A DNA stretch of 64,000 nt from the human T2T-CHM13v2.0 reference genome, Homo sapiens, in NCBI RefSeq assembly GCF_009914755.1, contig NC_060925.1, one strand, 5' to 3'. Within the stretch, counting starts at the first letter, position 1; every line of letters begins with the position of its first letter. A model generated the notes under the pieces. The model saw only the letters and a list, made by a program, of their open reading frames with translations. It was not told the DNA's origin and did no database searches. A program made the translations under genes and the position numbers. Below are positions 1 to 12,804 of this stretch, one piece after another.

Positions 1-260
1 AATCATCATCGAATGGAATCGAATGGAATCATCGAATGGACTCGAATGGAATAATCATTGAACGGAATCGAATGGAATCATCATCGGATGGAAATGAATG
101 GAATCATCATCGAATGGAATCGAATAGAATTATGGAATGAAATCCAGTGTGATCATCATCGAATGGACCCGAATGGAATCATCATCCAACGGAAGCTAAT
201 GGAATCAACATCGAATGAATCAAATGGAAACACCATCGAATTGAAACGAATGGAATTATC

Positions 261-2036
261 ATGAAATTGAAATGGATGGACTCATCATCGAATGGATTCG
301 AATGGAATCATCGAATAAAATTGATTGAAATCATCATCGAATGGAATCGAGTGGTATCATTGAATGGAATCGAATGGAATCAACATCAGATGGAAATGAA
401 TGGAATCGTCATAGAATGGAATCGAATGGATTCATTGAATGGAATCAGATGGAATCATCGAATGGACTGGAATGGAATCATTGAATGGACTCGAAAGGGA
501 TCATGATTGAATGGAATTGAATGGAATCATCGAATGGTCTCGATTGGAATCATTATCAAATGGAATCGAATGGAATCACCGAATAGAATCGAATGGAACA
601 ATCATCGAATGGACTCAAATGGAATTATCCTCAAATGGAATCGAATGGAATTATCGAATGCAATCGAATGGAATTATCGAATGCAATCGAATAGAATCAT
701 CGAATGGACTCGAATGGAATCATCGAATGGAATGGAATGGAACAGTCAATGAACTCGAATGGAATCATCATTGAATGGAATCGAATGGAATCATCGAGTG
801 GAATCGAATGGAATTATGATCAAATGGAATCGAATTTAATCATCATCAAATGGAATCAAAAATAACCATCATCAATTGGTATTGAATGGAATTGTCATCA
901 AATGGAATTCAAAGGAATCATCATCAAATGGAACCGAATGGAATCCTCATTGAATGGAAATGAAAGGGGTCATCATCTAATGGAATCGCATGGAATCATC
1001 ATCAAATGGAATCGAATGGAATCATCATCAAATGGAATCTAATGGAATCATTGAACAGAATTGAATGGAATCGTCATCGAATGAATTGAATGCAATCATC
1101 GAATGGTCTCGAATGGAATCATCTTCTAATGGAAAGGAATGGAATCATCACATAGAATCGAATGGAATTATCATCGAATGGAATCGAATTGTATCAACAC
1201 CAAACGGAAAAAAACGGAATTATCGAATGGAATCGAAGAGAATCTTCGAACGGACCCGAATGGAATCATCTAATGGAATGGAATGGAATAATCCATGGAC
1301 TCGAATGCAATCATCATCGAATGGAATCGAATGGAATCATCGAATGGACTCGAATGGAATAATCATTGAACGGAATCGAATGGAATCATCATCGGATGGA
1401 AACGAATGGAATCATCATCGAATGGAAATGAAAGGAGTCATCATCTAATGGAATTGCATGGAATCATCATAAAATGGAATCGAATGGAATCAACATCAAA
1501 TGGAATCAAATGGAATCATTGAACGGAATTGAATGGAATCGTCATCGAATGAATTGACTGCAATCATCGAATGGTCTCGAATGGAATCATGTTCAAATGG
1601 AATGGAATGGAATCATCGCATAGAATCGAATGGAATTATCATCGAATGGAATCGAATGGAATCAACATCCAACGGAAAAAAACGGAATTATCGAATGGAA
1701 TCGAAGAGAATCATCGAATGGACCCGAATGGAATCATCTAATGGAATGGAATGGAATAATCCATGGACTCGAATGCAATCATCATCGAATGGAATCGAAT
1801 GGAATCATCGAATGGACTCGAATGGAATAATCATTGAACGGAATCGAATGGAATCATCATCGGATGGAAATGAATGGAATCATCATCGAATGGAATCGAA
1901 TAGAATTATGGAATGAAATCCAGTGTGATCATCATCGAATGGACCCGAATGGAATCATCATCCAACGGAAGCTAATGGAATCAACATCGAATGAATCGAA
2001 TGGAAACACCATCGAATTGAAACGAATGGAATTATC
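261..2036 (+). repeat. Representative canonical 1776 bp unit (arbitrary phase)
   Basis: Landmark-to-landmark distance 2037-261=1776. Single EcoRI site GAATTC at 905-910. Single-copy motifs AACAGTCAATG, CAAAAATAACC, CCAGTGTGATC, GGAAGCTAATG. Confidence 0.95.
950..1895 (+). repeat. Internal tandem duplication within the unit: two 468 bp sub-repeats (A and B)
   Basis: GGAAATGAAAGGGGTCATC (A) vs GGAAATGAAAGGAGTCATC (B). AAACGGAAAAAAACGG-like and AATAATCCATGGACTC motifs occur twice. Paralogous ORF starts 1065 and 1533 are 468 apart in all canonical units. Confidence 0.93.
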
Positions 2037-3958
2037 ATGAAATTGAAATGGATGGACTCATCATCGAATGGATTCGAATGGAATCATCGAATAAAATTGA
2101 TTGAAATCATCATCAAATGGAATCGAATGGTATCATTGAATGGAATCGAATGGAATCATCATCAGATGGAAATGAATGGAATCGTCATAGAATGGAATCG
2201 AATGGATTCATTGAATGGAATCAGATGGAATCATCGAATGGACTGGAATGGAATCATTGAATGGACTCGAAAGGGATCATTATTGAATGGAATTGAATGG
2301 AATCATCGAATGGTCTCGATTGGAATCATTATCAAATGGAATCGAATGGAATCACCGAATAGAATCGAATGGAACAATCATCGAATGGACTCAAATGGAA
2401 TTATCCTCCAATGGAATCGAATGGAATTATCGAATGCAATCGAATGGAATTATCGAATGCAATCGAATAGAATCATCGAATGGACTCGAATGGAATCATC
2501 GAATGGAATGGAATGGAACAGTCAATGAACTCGAATGGAATCATCATTGAATGGAATCGAATGGAATCATCGAATGGAATCGAATGGAATTATGATCAAA
2601 TGGAATCGAATATAATCATCATCAAATGGAATCAAAAATAACCATCATCAATTGGTATTGAATGGAATTCTCATCAAATGGAATTCAAAGGAGTCATCAT
2701 CAAATGGAACTGAATGGAATCCTCATTGAATGGAAATGAAAGGGGTCATCATCTAATGGAATCGCATGGAATCATCATCAAATGGAATCGAATGGAATCA
2801 TCATCAAATGGAATCTGATGGAATCATTGAACAGAATTGAATGGAATCGTCATCGAATGAATTGAATGCAATCATCGAATGGTCTCGAATGTAATCACAT
2901 TCTAATGGAAAGGAATGGAATCATCGCATAGAATCGAATGGAATTAACATTGAATGGACTCGAATGGAATCAACATCAAACGGAATCAAGCGGAATTATC
3001 CAATGGAATCGAAGAGAATCATCGAATGGTCTCGAATGGAATCATCTTCTAATGGAAAGGAATGGAATCATCGCATAGAATCGAATGGAATTAACATTGA
3101 ATGGACTCGAATGGAATCAACATCAAATGGAATCAAACGGAATTATCGAATGAAATCGAAGAGAATCATTGAATGGACTCGAATGGAATCATCTAATGGA
3201 ATGGAATGGAATAATCCACGGACTCGAATGCAATCATCATCGTATAGAATCGAATGGAATCATCGAATGGACTCGAATGGAATAACCATTGAACGGAATC
3301 GAGTGGAATCATCATCGGATGGAAACGAATGGAATCATCATCGAATGGAAATGAAAGGAGTCATCATCTAATGGAATTGCATGGAATCATCATAAAATGG
3401 AATCGAATGAAATCAACATCAAATGGAACCAAATGGAATCATTGAACGGAATTGAATGGAATCGTCTCGAATGAATTGACTGCAATCATCGAATGGTCTC
3501 GAATGGAATCATCTTCAAATGGAATGGAATGGAATCATCGCATAGAATCGAATGGAATTATCATCGAATGGAATCGAATGGAATCAACATCAAACGGAAA
3601 AAAACGGAATTATCAAATGGAATCGAAGAGAATCATCGAATGGACCCGAATGGAATCATCTAATGGAATGGAATGGAATAATCCATGGACTCGAATGCAA
3701 TCATCATCGAATGGAATCGAATGGAATCATCGAATGGACTCGAATGGAATAATCATTGAACGGAATCGAATGGAATCATCATCGGATGGAAATGAATGGA
3801 ATCATCATCGAATGGAATCGAATAGAATTATGGAATGAAATCCAGTGTGATCATCATCGAATGGACCCGAATGGAATCATCATCCAACGGAAGCTAATGG
3901 AATCAACATCGAATGAATCAAATGGAAACACCATCGAATTGAAACGAATGGAATTATC
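2037..3958 (+). repeat. 1922 bp variant unit (147 bp tandem duplication, 1 bp deletion)
   Basis: ATCATCGAATGGTCTCGAATG at 2871 and again at 3018 (147 bp apart). ATCGTCTCGA at 3461 vs canonical ATCGTCATCGA. Same variant at 44857-46778 and 48555-50476. Confidence 0.9.
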
Positions 3959-6900
3959 ATGAAATTGAAATGGATGGACTCATCATCGAATGGATTCGAA
4001 TGGAATCATCGAATAAAATTGATTGAAATCATCATCCAATGGAATCGAATGGTATCATTGAATGGAATCGAATGGAATCATCATCAGATGGAAATGAATG
4101 GAATCGTCATAGAATGGAATCGAATGGATTCATTGAATGGAATCAGATGGAATCATCGAATGGACTGGAATGGAATCATCGAATGGACTCGAAAGGGATC
4201 ATGATTGAATGGAATTGAATGGAATCATCGAATGGTCTCGATTGGAATCATTATCAAATGGAATCGAATGGAATCCCCGAATAGAATCGAATGGAACAAT
4301 CATCGAATGGACTCAAATGGAATTATCCTCAAATGGAATCGAATGGAATTATCGAATGCAATCGAATGGAATTATCGAATGCAATCGAATAGAATCATCG
4401 AATGGACTCGAATGGAATCATCGAATGGAATGGAATGGAACAGTCAATGAACTCGAATGGAATCATCATTGAATGGAATCGAATGGAATCATCGAGTGGA
4501 ATCGAATGGAATTATGATCAAATGGAATCGAATGTAATCATCATCAAATGGAATCAAAAATAACCATCATCAATTGGTATTGAATGGAATTGTCATCAAA
4601 TGGAATTCAAAGGAATCATCATCAAATGGAACCGAATGGAATCCTCATTGAATGGAAATGAAAGGGGTCATCATCTAATGGAATCGCATGGAATCATCAT
4701 CAAATGGAATCGAATGGAATCATCATCAAATGGAATCTAATGGAATCATTGAACAGAATTGAATGGAATCGTCATCGAATGAATTGAATGCAATCATCGA
4801 ATGGTCTCGAATGGAATCATCTTCTAATGGAAAGGAATGGAATCATCGCATAGAATCGAATGGAATTATCATCGAATGGAATCGAATGGTATCAACACCA
4901 AACGGAAAAAAACGGAATTATCGAATGGAATCGAAGAGAATCTTCGAACGGACCCGAATGGAATCATCTAATGGAATGGAATGGAATAATCCATGGACTC
5001 GAATGCAATCATCATCGAATGGAATCGAATGGAATCATCGAATGGACTCGAATGGAATAATCATTGAACGGAATCGAATGGAATCATCATCGGATGGAAA
5101 CGAATGGAATCATGATCGAATGGAAATGAAAGGAGTCATCATCTAATGGAATTGCATGGAATCATCATAAAATGGAATCGAATGGAATCAACATCAAATG
5201 GAATCAAATGGAATCATTGAACGGAATTGAATGGAATCGTCATCGAATGAATTGACTGCAATCATCGAATGGTCTCGGAATCATCTTCAAATGGAATGGA
5301 ATGGAATCATCGCATAGAATCGAATGGAATTATCAGCAAATGGAATCGATTGGAATCAACATCAAACGGAAAAAAACGGAATTATCGAATGGAATCGAAG
5401 AGAATCATCGAATGGACCCGAATGGAATCATCTAATGGAATGGAATGGAATAATCCATGGACTCGAATGCAATCATCATCGAATGGAATCGAATGGAATC
5501 ATCGAATGGACTCGAATGGAATAATCATCGAACGGAATCGAATGGAATCATCATCGGATGGAAATGAATGGAATCATCATCGAATGGAATCGAATAGAAT
5601 TATGGAATGAAATCCAGTGTGATCATCATCGAATGGACCCGAATGGAATCATCATCCAACGGAAGCTAATGGAATCAACATCGAATGAATCGAATGGAAA
5701 CACCATCGAATTGAAACGAATGGAATTATCATGAAATTGAAATGGATGGACTCATCATCGAATGGATTCGAATGGAATCATCGAATAAAATTGATTGAAA
5801 TCATCATCGAATGGAATCGAATGGTATCATTGAATGGAATCGAATGGAATCATCATCAGATGGAAATGAATGGAATCGTGATAGAATGGAATCGAATGGA
5901 TTCATTGAATGGAATCAGATGGAATCATCGAATGGACTGGAATGGAATCATCGAATGGACTCGAAAGGGATCATGATTGAATGGAATTGAATGGAATAAT
6001 CGAATGGTCTCGATTGGAATCATTATCAAATGGAATCGAATGGAATCCCCGAATAGAATCGAATGGAACAATCATCGAATGGACTCAAATGGAATTATCC
6101 TCAAATGGAATCGAATGGAATTATCGAATGCAATCGAATGGAATTATCGAATGCAATCGAATAGAATCATCGAATGGACTCGAATGGAATCATCGAATGG
6201 AATGGAATGGAACAGTCAATGAACGCGAATGGAATCATCATTGAATGGAATCGAATGGAATCATCGAGTGGAATCGAATGGAATTATGATCAAATGGAAT
6301 CGAATGTTATCATCATCAAATGGAATCAAAAATAACCATCATCAATTGGTATTGAATGGAATTGTCATCAAATGGAATTCAAAGGAATCATCATCAAATG
6401 GAACCGAATGAAATCCTCATTGAATGGAAATGAAAGGGGTCATCATCTAATGGAATCGCATGGAATCATCATCAAATGGAATCGAATGGAATCATCATCA
6501 AATGGAATCTAATGGAATCATTGAACAGAATTGAATGGAATCGTCATCGAATGAATTGAATGCAATCATCGAATGGTGTCGAATGGAATCATCTTCTAAT
6601 GGAAAGGAATGGAATCATCGCATAGAATCGAATGGAATTATCATCGAATGGAATCGAATGGTATCAACACCAAACGGAAAAAAACGGAATTATCGAATGG
6701 AATCGAAGAGAATCTTCGAACGGACCCGAATGGAATCATCTAATGGAATGGAATGGAATAATCCTTGGACTCGAATGCAATCATCATCGAATGGAATCGA
6801 ATGGAATCATCGAATGGACTCGAATGGAATAATCATTGAACGGAATCGAATGGAATCATCATCGGATGGAAACGAATGGAATCATGATCGAATGGAAATG

Positions 6901-7502
6901 AAAGGAGTCATCATCTAATGGAATTGCATGGAATCATCATAAAATGGAATCGAATGGAATCAACATCAAATGGAATCAAATGGAATCATTGAACGGAATT
7001 GAATGGAATCGTCATTGAATGAATTGACTGCAATCATCGAATGGTCTCGGAATCATCTTCAAATGGAATGGAATGGAATCATCGCATAGAATCGAATGGA
7101 ATTATCAGCAAATGGAATCGAATGGAATCAACATCAAACGGAAAAAAACGGAATTATCGAATGGAATCGAAGAGAATCATCGAATGGACCCGAATGGAAT
7201 CATCTAATGGAATGGAATGGAATAATCCATGGACTCGAATGCAATCATCATCGAATGGAATCGAATGGAATCATCGAATGGACTCGAATGGAATAATCAT
7301 TGAACGGAATCGAATGGAATCATCATCGGATGGAAATGAATGGAATCATCATCGAATGGAATCGAATAGAATTATGGAATGAAATCCAGTGTGATCATCA
7401 TCGAATGGACCCGAATGGAATCATCATCCAACGGAAGCTAATGGAATCAACATCGAATGAATCGAATGGAAACACCATCGAATTGAAACGAATGGAATTA
7501 TC
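3959..7502 (+). repeat. Two adjacent 1772 bp variant units (4 bp deletion)
   Basis: GGTCTCGGAATC (canonical GGTCTCGAATGGAATC) at ~5271 and ~7043; landmark spacings 1772, 1772. Confidence 0.9.
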
Positions 7503-10500
7503 ATGAAATTGAAATGGATGGACTCATCATCGAATGGATTCGAATGGAATCATCGAATAAAATTGATTGAAATCATCATCGAATGGAATCGAATGGTATC
7601 ATTGAATGGAATCGAATGGAATCATCATCAGATGGAAATGAATGGAATCGTCATAGAATGGAATCGAATGGATTCATTGAATGGAATCAGATGGAATCAT
7701 CGAATGGACTGGAATGGAATCATTGAATGGACTCGAAAGGGATCATGATTGAATGGAATTGAATGGAATCATCGAATGGTCTCGATTGGAATCATTATCA
7801 AATGGAATCGAATGGAATCACCGAATAGAATCGAATGGAACAATCATCGAATGGACTCAAATGGAATTATCCTCAAATGGAATCGAATGGAATTATCGAA
7901 TGCAATCGAATGGAATTATCGAATGCAATCGAATAGAATCATCGAATGGACTCGAGTGGAATCATCGAATGGAATGGAATGGAACAGTCAATGAACACGA
8001 ATGGAATCATCATTGAATGGAATCGAATGGAATCATCGAGTGGAATCGAATGGAATTATGATCAAATGGAATCGAATGTAATCATCATCAAATGGAATCA
8101 AAAATAACCATCATCAATTGGTATTGAATGGAATTGTAATCAAATGGAATTCAAAGGAATCATCATCAAATGGAACCGAATGGAATCCTCATTGAATGGA
8201 AATGAATGGGGTCATCATATAATGGAATCGTATGGAATCATCATCAAATGGAATCGAATGGAATCATCATCAAATGGAATCTAATGGAATCATTGAACAG
8301 AATTGAATGGAATCGTCATCGAATGAATTGAATGCAATCATCGAATGGTCTCGAATGGAATCATCTTCTAATGGAAAGGAATGGAATCATCGCATAGAAT
8401 CGAATGGAATTATCATCGAATGGAATCGAATGGTATCAACACCAAACGGAAAAAAACGGAATTATCGAATGGAATCGAAGAGAATCTTCGAACGGACCCG
8501 AATGGAATCATCTAATGGAATGGAATGGAATAATCCATGGACTCGAATGCAATCATCATCGAATGGAATCGAATGGAATCATCGAATGGACTCGAATGGA
8601 ATAATCATTGAACGGAATCGAATGGAATCATCATCGGATGGAAACGAATGGAATCATCATCGAATGGAAATGAAAGGAGTCATCATCTAATGCAATTGCA
8701 TGGAATCATCATCAAATGGAATCGAATGGAATCAACATCAAATGGAATCTAATGGAATCATTGAACAGAATTGAATGGAATCATCATCGAATGAATTGAC
8801 TGCAATCATCGAATGGTCTCGAATGGAATCATCTTCAAATGGAATGGAATGGAATCATCGCATAGAATCGAATGGAATTATCATCGAATGGAATCGAATG
8901 GAATCAACATCAAACGGAAAAAAACGGAATTATCGAATGGAATCGAAGAGAATCATCGAATGGACCCGAATGGAATCATCTAATGGAATGGAATGGAATA
9001 ATCCATGGACTCGAATGCAATCATCATCGAATGGAATCGAATGGAATCATCGAATGGACTCGAATGGAATAATCATTGAACGGAATCGAATGGAATCATC
9101 ATCGGATGGAAATGAATGGAATCATCATCGAATGGAATCGAATAGAATTATGGAATGAAATCCAGTGTGATCATCATCGAATGGACCCGAATGGAATCAT
9201 CATCCAACGGAAGCTAATGGAATCAACATCGAATGAATCAAATGGAAACAGCATCGAATTGAAACGAATGGAATTATCATGAAATTGAAATGGATGGACT
9301 CATCATCGAATGGATTCGAATGGAATCATCGAATAAAATTGATTGAAATCATCATCGAATGGAATCGAATGGTATCATTGAATGGAATCGAATGGAATCA
9401 TCATCAGATGGAAATGAATGGAATCGTCATAGAATGGAATCGAATGGATTCATTGAATGGAATCAGATGGAATCATCGAATGGACTGGAATGGAATCATT
9501 GAATGGACTCGAAAGGGATCATGATTGAATGGAATTGAATGGAATCATCGAATGGTCTCGATTGGAATCATTATCAAATGGAATCGAATGGAATCACCGA
9601 ATAGAATCGAATGGAACAATCATCGAATGGACTCAAATGGAATTATCCTCAAATGGAATCGAATGGAATTATCGAATGCAATCGAATGGAATTATCGAAT
9701 GCAATCGAATAGAATCATCGAATGGACTCGAATGGAATCATCGAATGGAATGGAATGGAACAGTCAATGAACTCGAATGGAATCATCATTGAATGGAATC
9801 GAATGGAATCATCGAGTGGAATCGAATGGAATTATGATCAAATGGAATCGAATGTAATCATCATCAAATGGAATCAAAAATAACCATCATCAATTGGTAT
9901 TGAATGGAATTGTCATCAAATGGAATTCAAAGGAATCATCAACAAATGGAACTGAATGGAATCCTCATTGAATGGAAATGAAAGGGGTCATCATCTAATG
10001 GAATCGCATGGAATCATCATTAAATGGAATCGAATGGAATCATCATCAAATGGAATCTAATGGAATCATTGAACAGAATTGAATGGAATCGTCATCGAAT
10101 GAATTGAATGCAATCATCGAATGGTCTCGAATGGAATCATCTTCTAATGGAAATGAATGGAATCATCGCATAGAATCGAATGGAATTAACATTGAATGGA
10201 CTCGAATGGAATCAACATCAAATGGAATCAAGCGGAATTATCGAATGGAATCGAAGAGATTCATCGAATGGACTCGAATGGAATCATCTAATGGAATGGA
10301 ATGGAATAATCCATGGACCCGAATGTAATCATCATCGTATAAAATCGAATGGAATCATCGAATGGACTCGAATGGAATAATCATTGAACGGAATCGAATG
10401 GAATCATCATCCGATGGAAACGAATGGAATCATCATCGAATGGAAATGAAAGGAGTCATCATCTAATGGAATTGCATGGAATCATCATAAAATGGAATCG

Positions 10501-12804
10501 AATGGAATCAACATCAAATGGAATCAAATGGAATCATTGAACGGAATTGAATGGAATCGTCATCGAATGAATTGAATGCAATCATCGAATGGTCTCGAAT
10601 GGAATCATCTTCAAATGGAATGGAATGGAATCATCGCATAGAATCGAATGGAATTATCATCGAATGGAATCGAATGGAATCAACCTCAAACGTAAAAAAA
10701 CGGAATTATCGAATGGAATCGAAGAGAATCATCGAATGGACCCGAATGGAATCATCTAATGGAATGGAATGGAATAATCCATGGACTCGAATGCAATCAT
10801 CATCGAATGGAATCGAATGGAATCATCGAGTGGACTCGAATGGAATAATCATTGAACGGAATCGAATGGAATCATCATCGGATGGAAATGAATGGAATCA
10901 TCATCGAATGGAATCGAATAGAATTATGGAATGAAATCCAGTGTGATCATCATCGAATGGACCCGAATGGAATCATCATCCAACGGAAGCTAATGGAATC
11001 AACATCGAATGAATCGAATGGAAACACCATCGAATTGAAACGAATGGAATTATCATGAAATTGAAATGGATGGACTCATCATCGAATGGATTCGAATGGA
11101 ATCATCGAATAAAATTGATTGAAATCATCATCGAATGGAATCGAATGGTATCATTGAATGGAATCGAATGGAATCATCATCAGATGGAAATGAATGGAAT
11201 CGTCATAGAATGGAGTCGAATGGATTCATTGAATGGAATCAGATGGAATCATCGAATGGACTGGAATGGAATCATTGAATGGACTCGAAAGGGATCATGA
11301 TTGAATGGAATTGAATGGAATCATCGAATGGTCTCGATTGGAATCATTATCAAATGGAATCGAATGGAATCACCGAATAGAATCGAATGGAACAATCATC
11401 GAATGGACTCAAATGGAATTATCCTCAAATGGAATCGAATGGAATTATCGAATGCAATCGAATGGAATTATCGAATGCAATCGAATAGAATCATCGAATG
11501 GACTCGAATGGAATCATCGAATGGAATGGAATGGAACAGTCAATGAACACGAATGGAATCATCATTGAATGGAATCGAATGGAATCATCGAGTGGAATCG
11601 AATGGAATTATGATCAAATGGAATCGAATGTAATCATCATCAAATGGAATCAAAAATAACCATCATCAATTGGTATTGAATGGAATTGTCATCAAATGGA
11701 ATTCAAAGGAATCATCATCAAATGGAACCGAATGGAATCCTCATTTAATGGAAATGAAAGGGGTCATCATCTAATGGAATCGCATGGAATCATCATCAAA
11801 TGGAATCTAATGGAATCATTGAACAGAATTGAATGGAATCGTCATCGAATGAATTGAATGCAATCATCGAATGGTCTCGAATGGAATCATCTTCTAATGC
11901 AAAGGAATGGAATCATCGCATAGAATCGAATGGAATTATCATCAAATGGAATCGAATGGTATCAACACCAAACGGAAAAAAACGGAATTATCGAATGGAA
12001 TCGAAGAGAATCTTCGAACGGACCCGAATGGAATCATCTAATGGAATGGAATGGAATAATCCATGGACTCGAATGCAATCATCATCGAATGGAATCGAAT
12101 GGAATCATCGAATGGACTCGAATGGAATAATCATTGAACGGAATCGAATGGAATCATCATCGGATGGAAACGAATGGAATCATCATCGAATGGAAATGAA
12201 AGGAGTCATCATCTAATGCAATTGCATGGAATCATCATCAAATGGAATCGAATGGAATCAACATCAAATGGAATCTAATGGAATCATTGAACAGAATTGA
12301 ATGGAATCGTCATCGAATGAATTGACTGCAATCATCGAATGGTCTCGAATGGAATCATCTTCAAATGGAATGGAATGGAATCATCGCATAGAATCGAATG
12401 GAATTATCATCGAATGGAATCGAATGGAATCAACATCAAACGGAAAAAAACGGAATTATCGAATGGAATCGAAGAGAATCATCGAATGGACCCGAATGGA
12501 ATCATCTAATGGAATGGAATGGAATAATCCATGGACTCGAATGCAATCATCATCGAATGGAATCGAATGGAATCATCGAATGGACTCGAATGGAATAATC
12601 ATTGAACGGAATCGAATGGAATCATCATCGGATGGAAATGAATGGAATCATCATCGAATGGAATCGAATAGAATTATGGAATGAAATCCAGTGTGATCAT
12701 CATCGAATGGACCCGAATGGAATCATCATCCAACGGAAGCTAATGGAATCAACATCGAATGAATCCAATGGAAACATCATCGAATTGAAACGAATGGAAT
12801 TATC

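Noticed and set aside
1200-1218. AAACGGAAAAAAACGG A-tract as a retroelement tail or terminator
   Set aside because: Only 7 A's, part of every sub-repeat, with no target-site duplication or hairpin.
2037-2528. Longer 163 aa ORF in some units (also 34222, 41305, 52253, 55335)
   Set aside because: A single TGA/TTA polymorphism fuses two artefactual ORFs; there is no evidence of coding selection.
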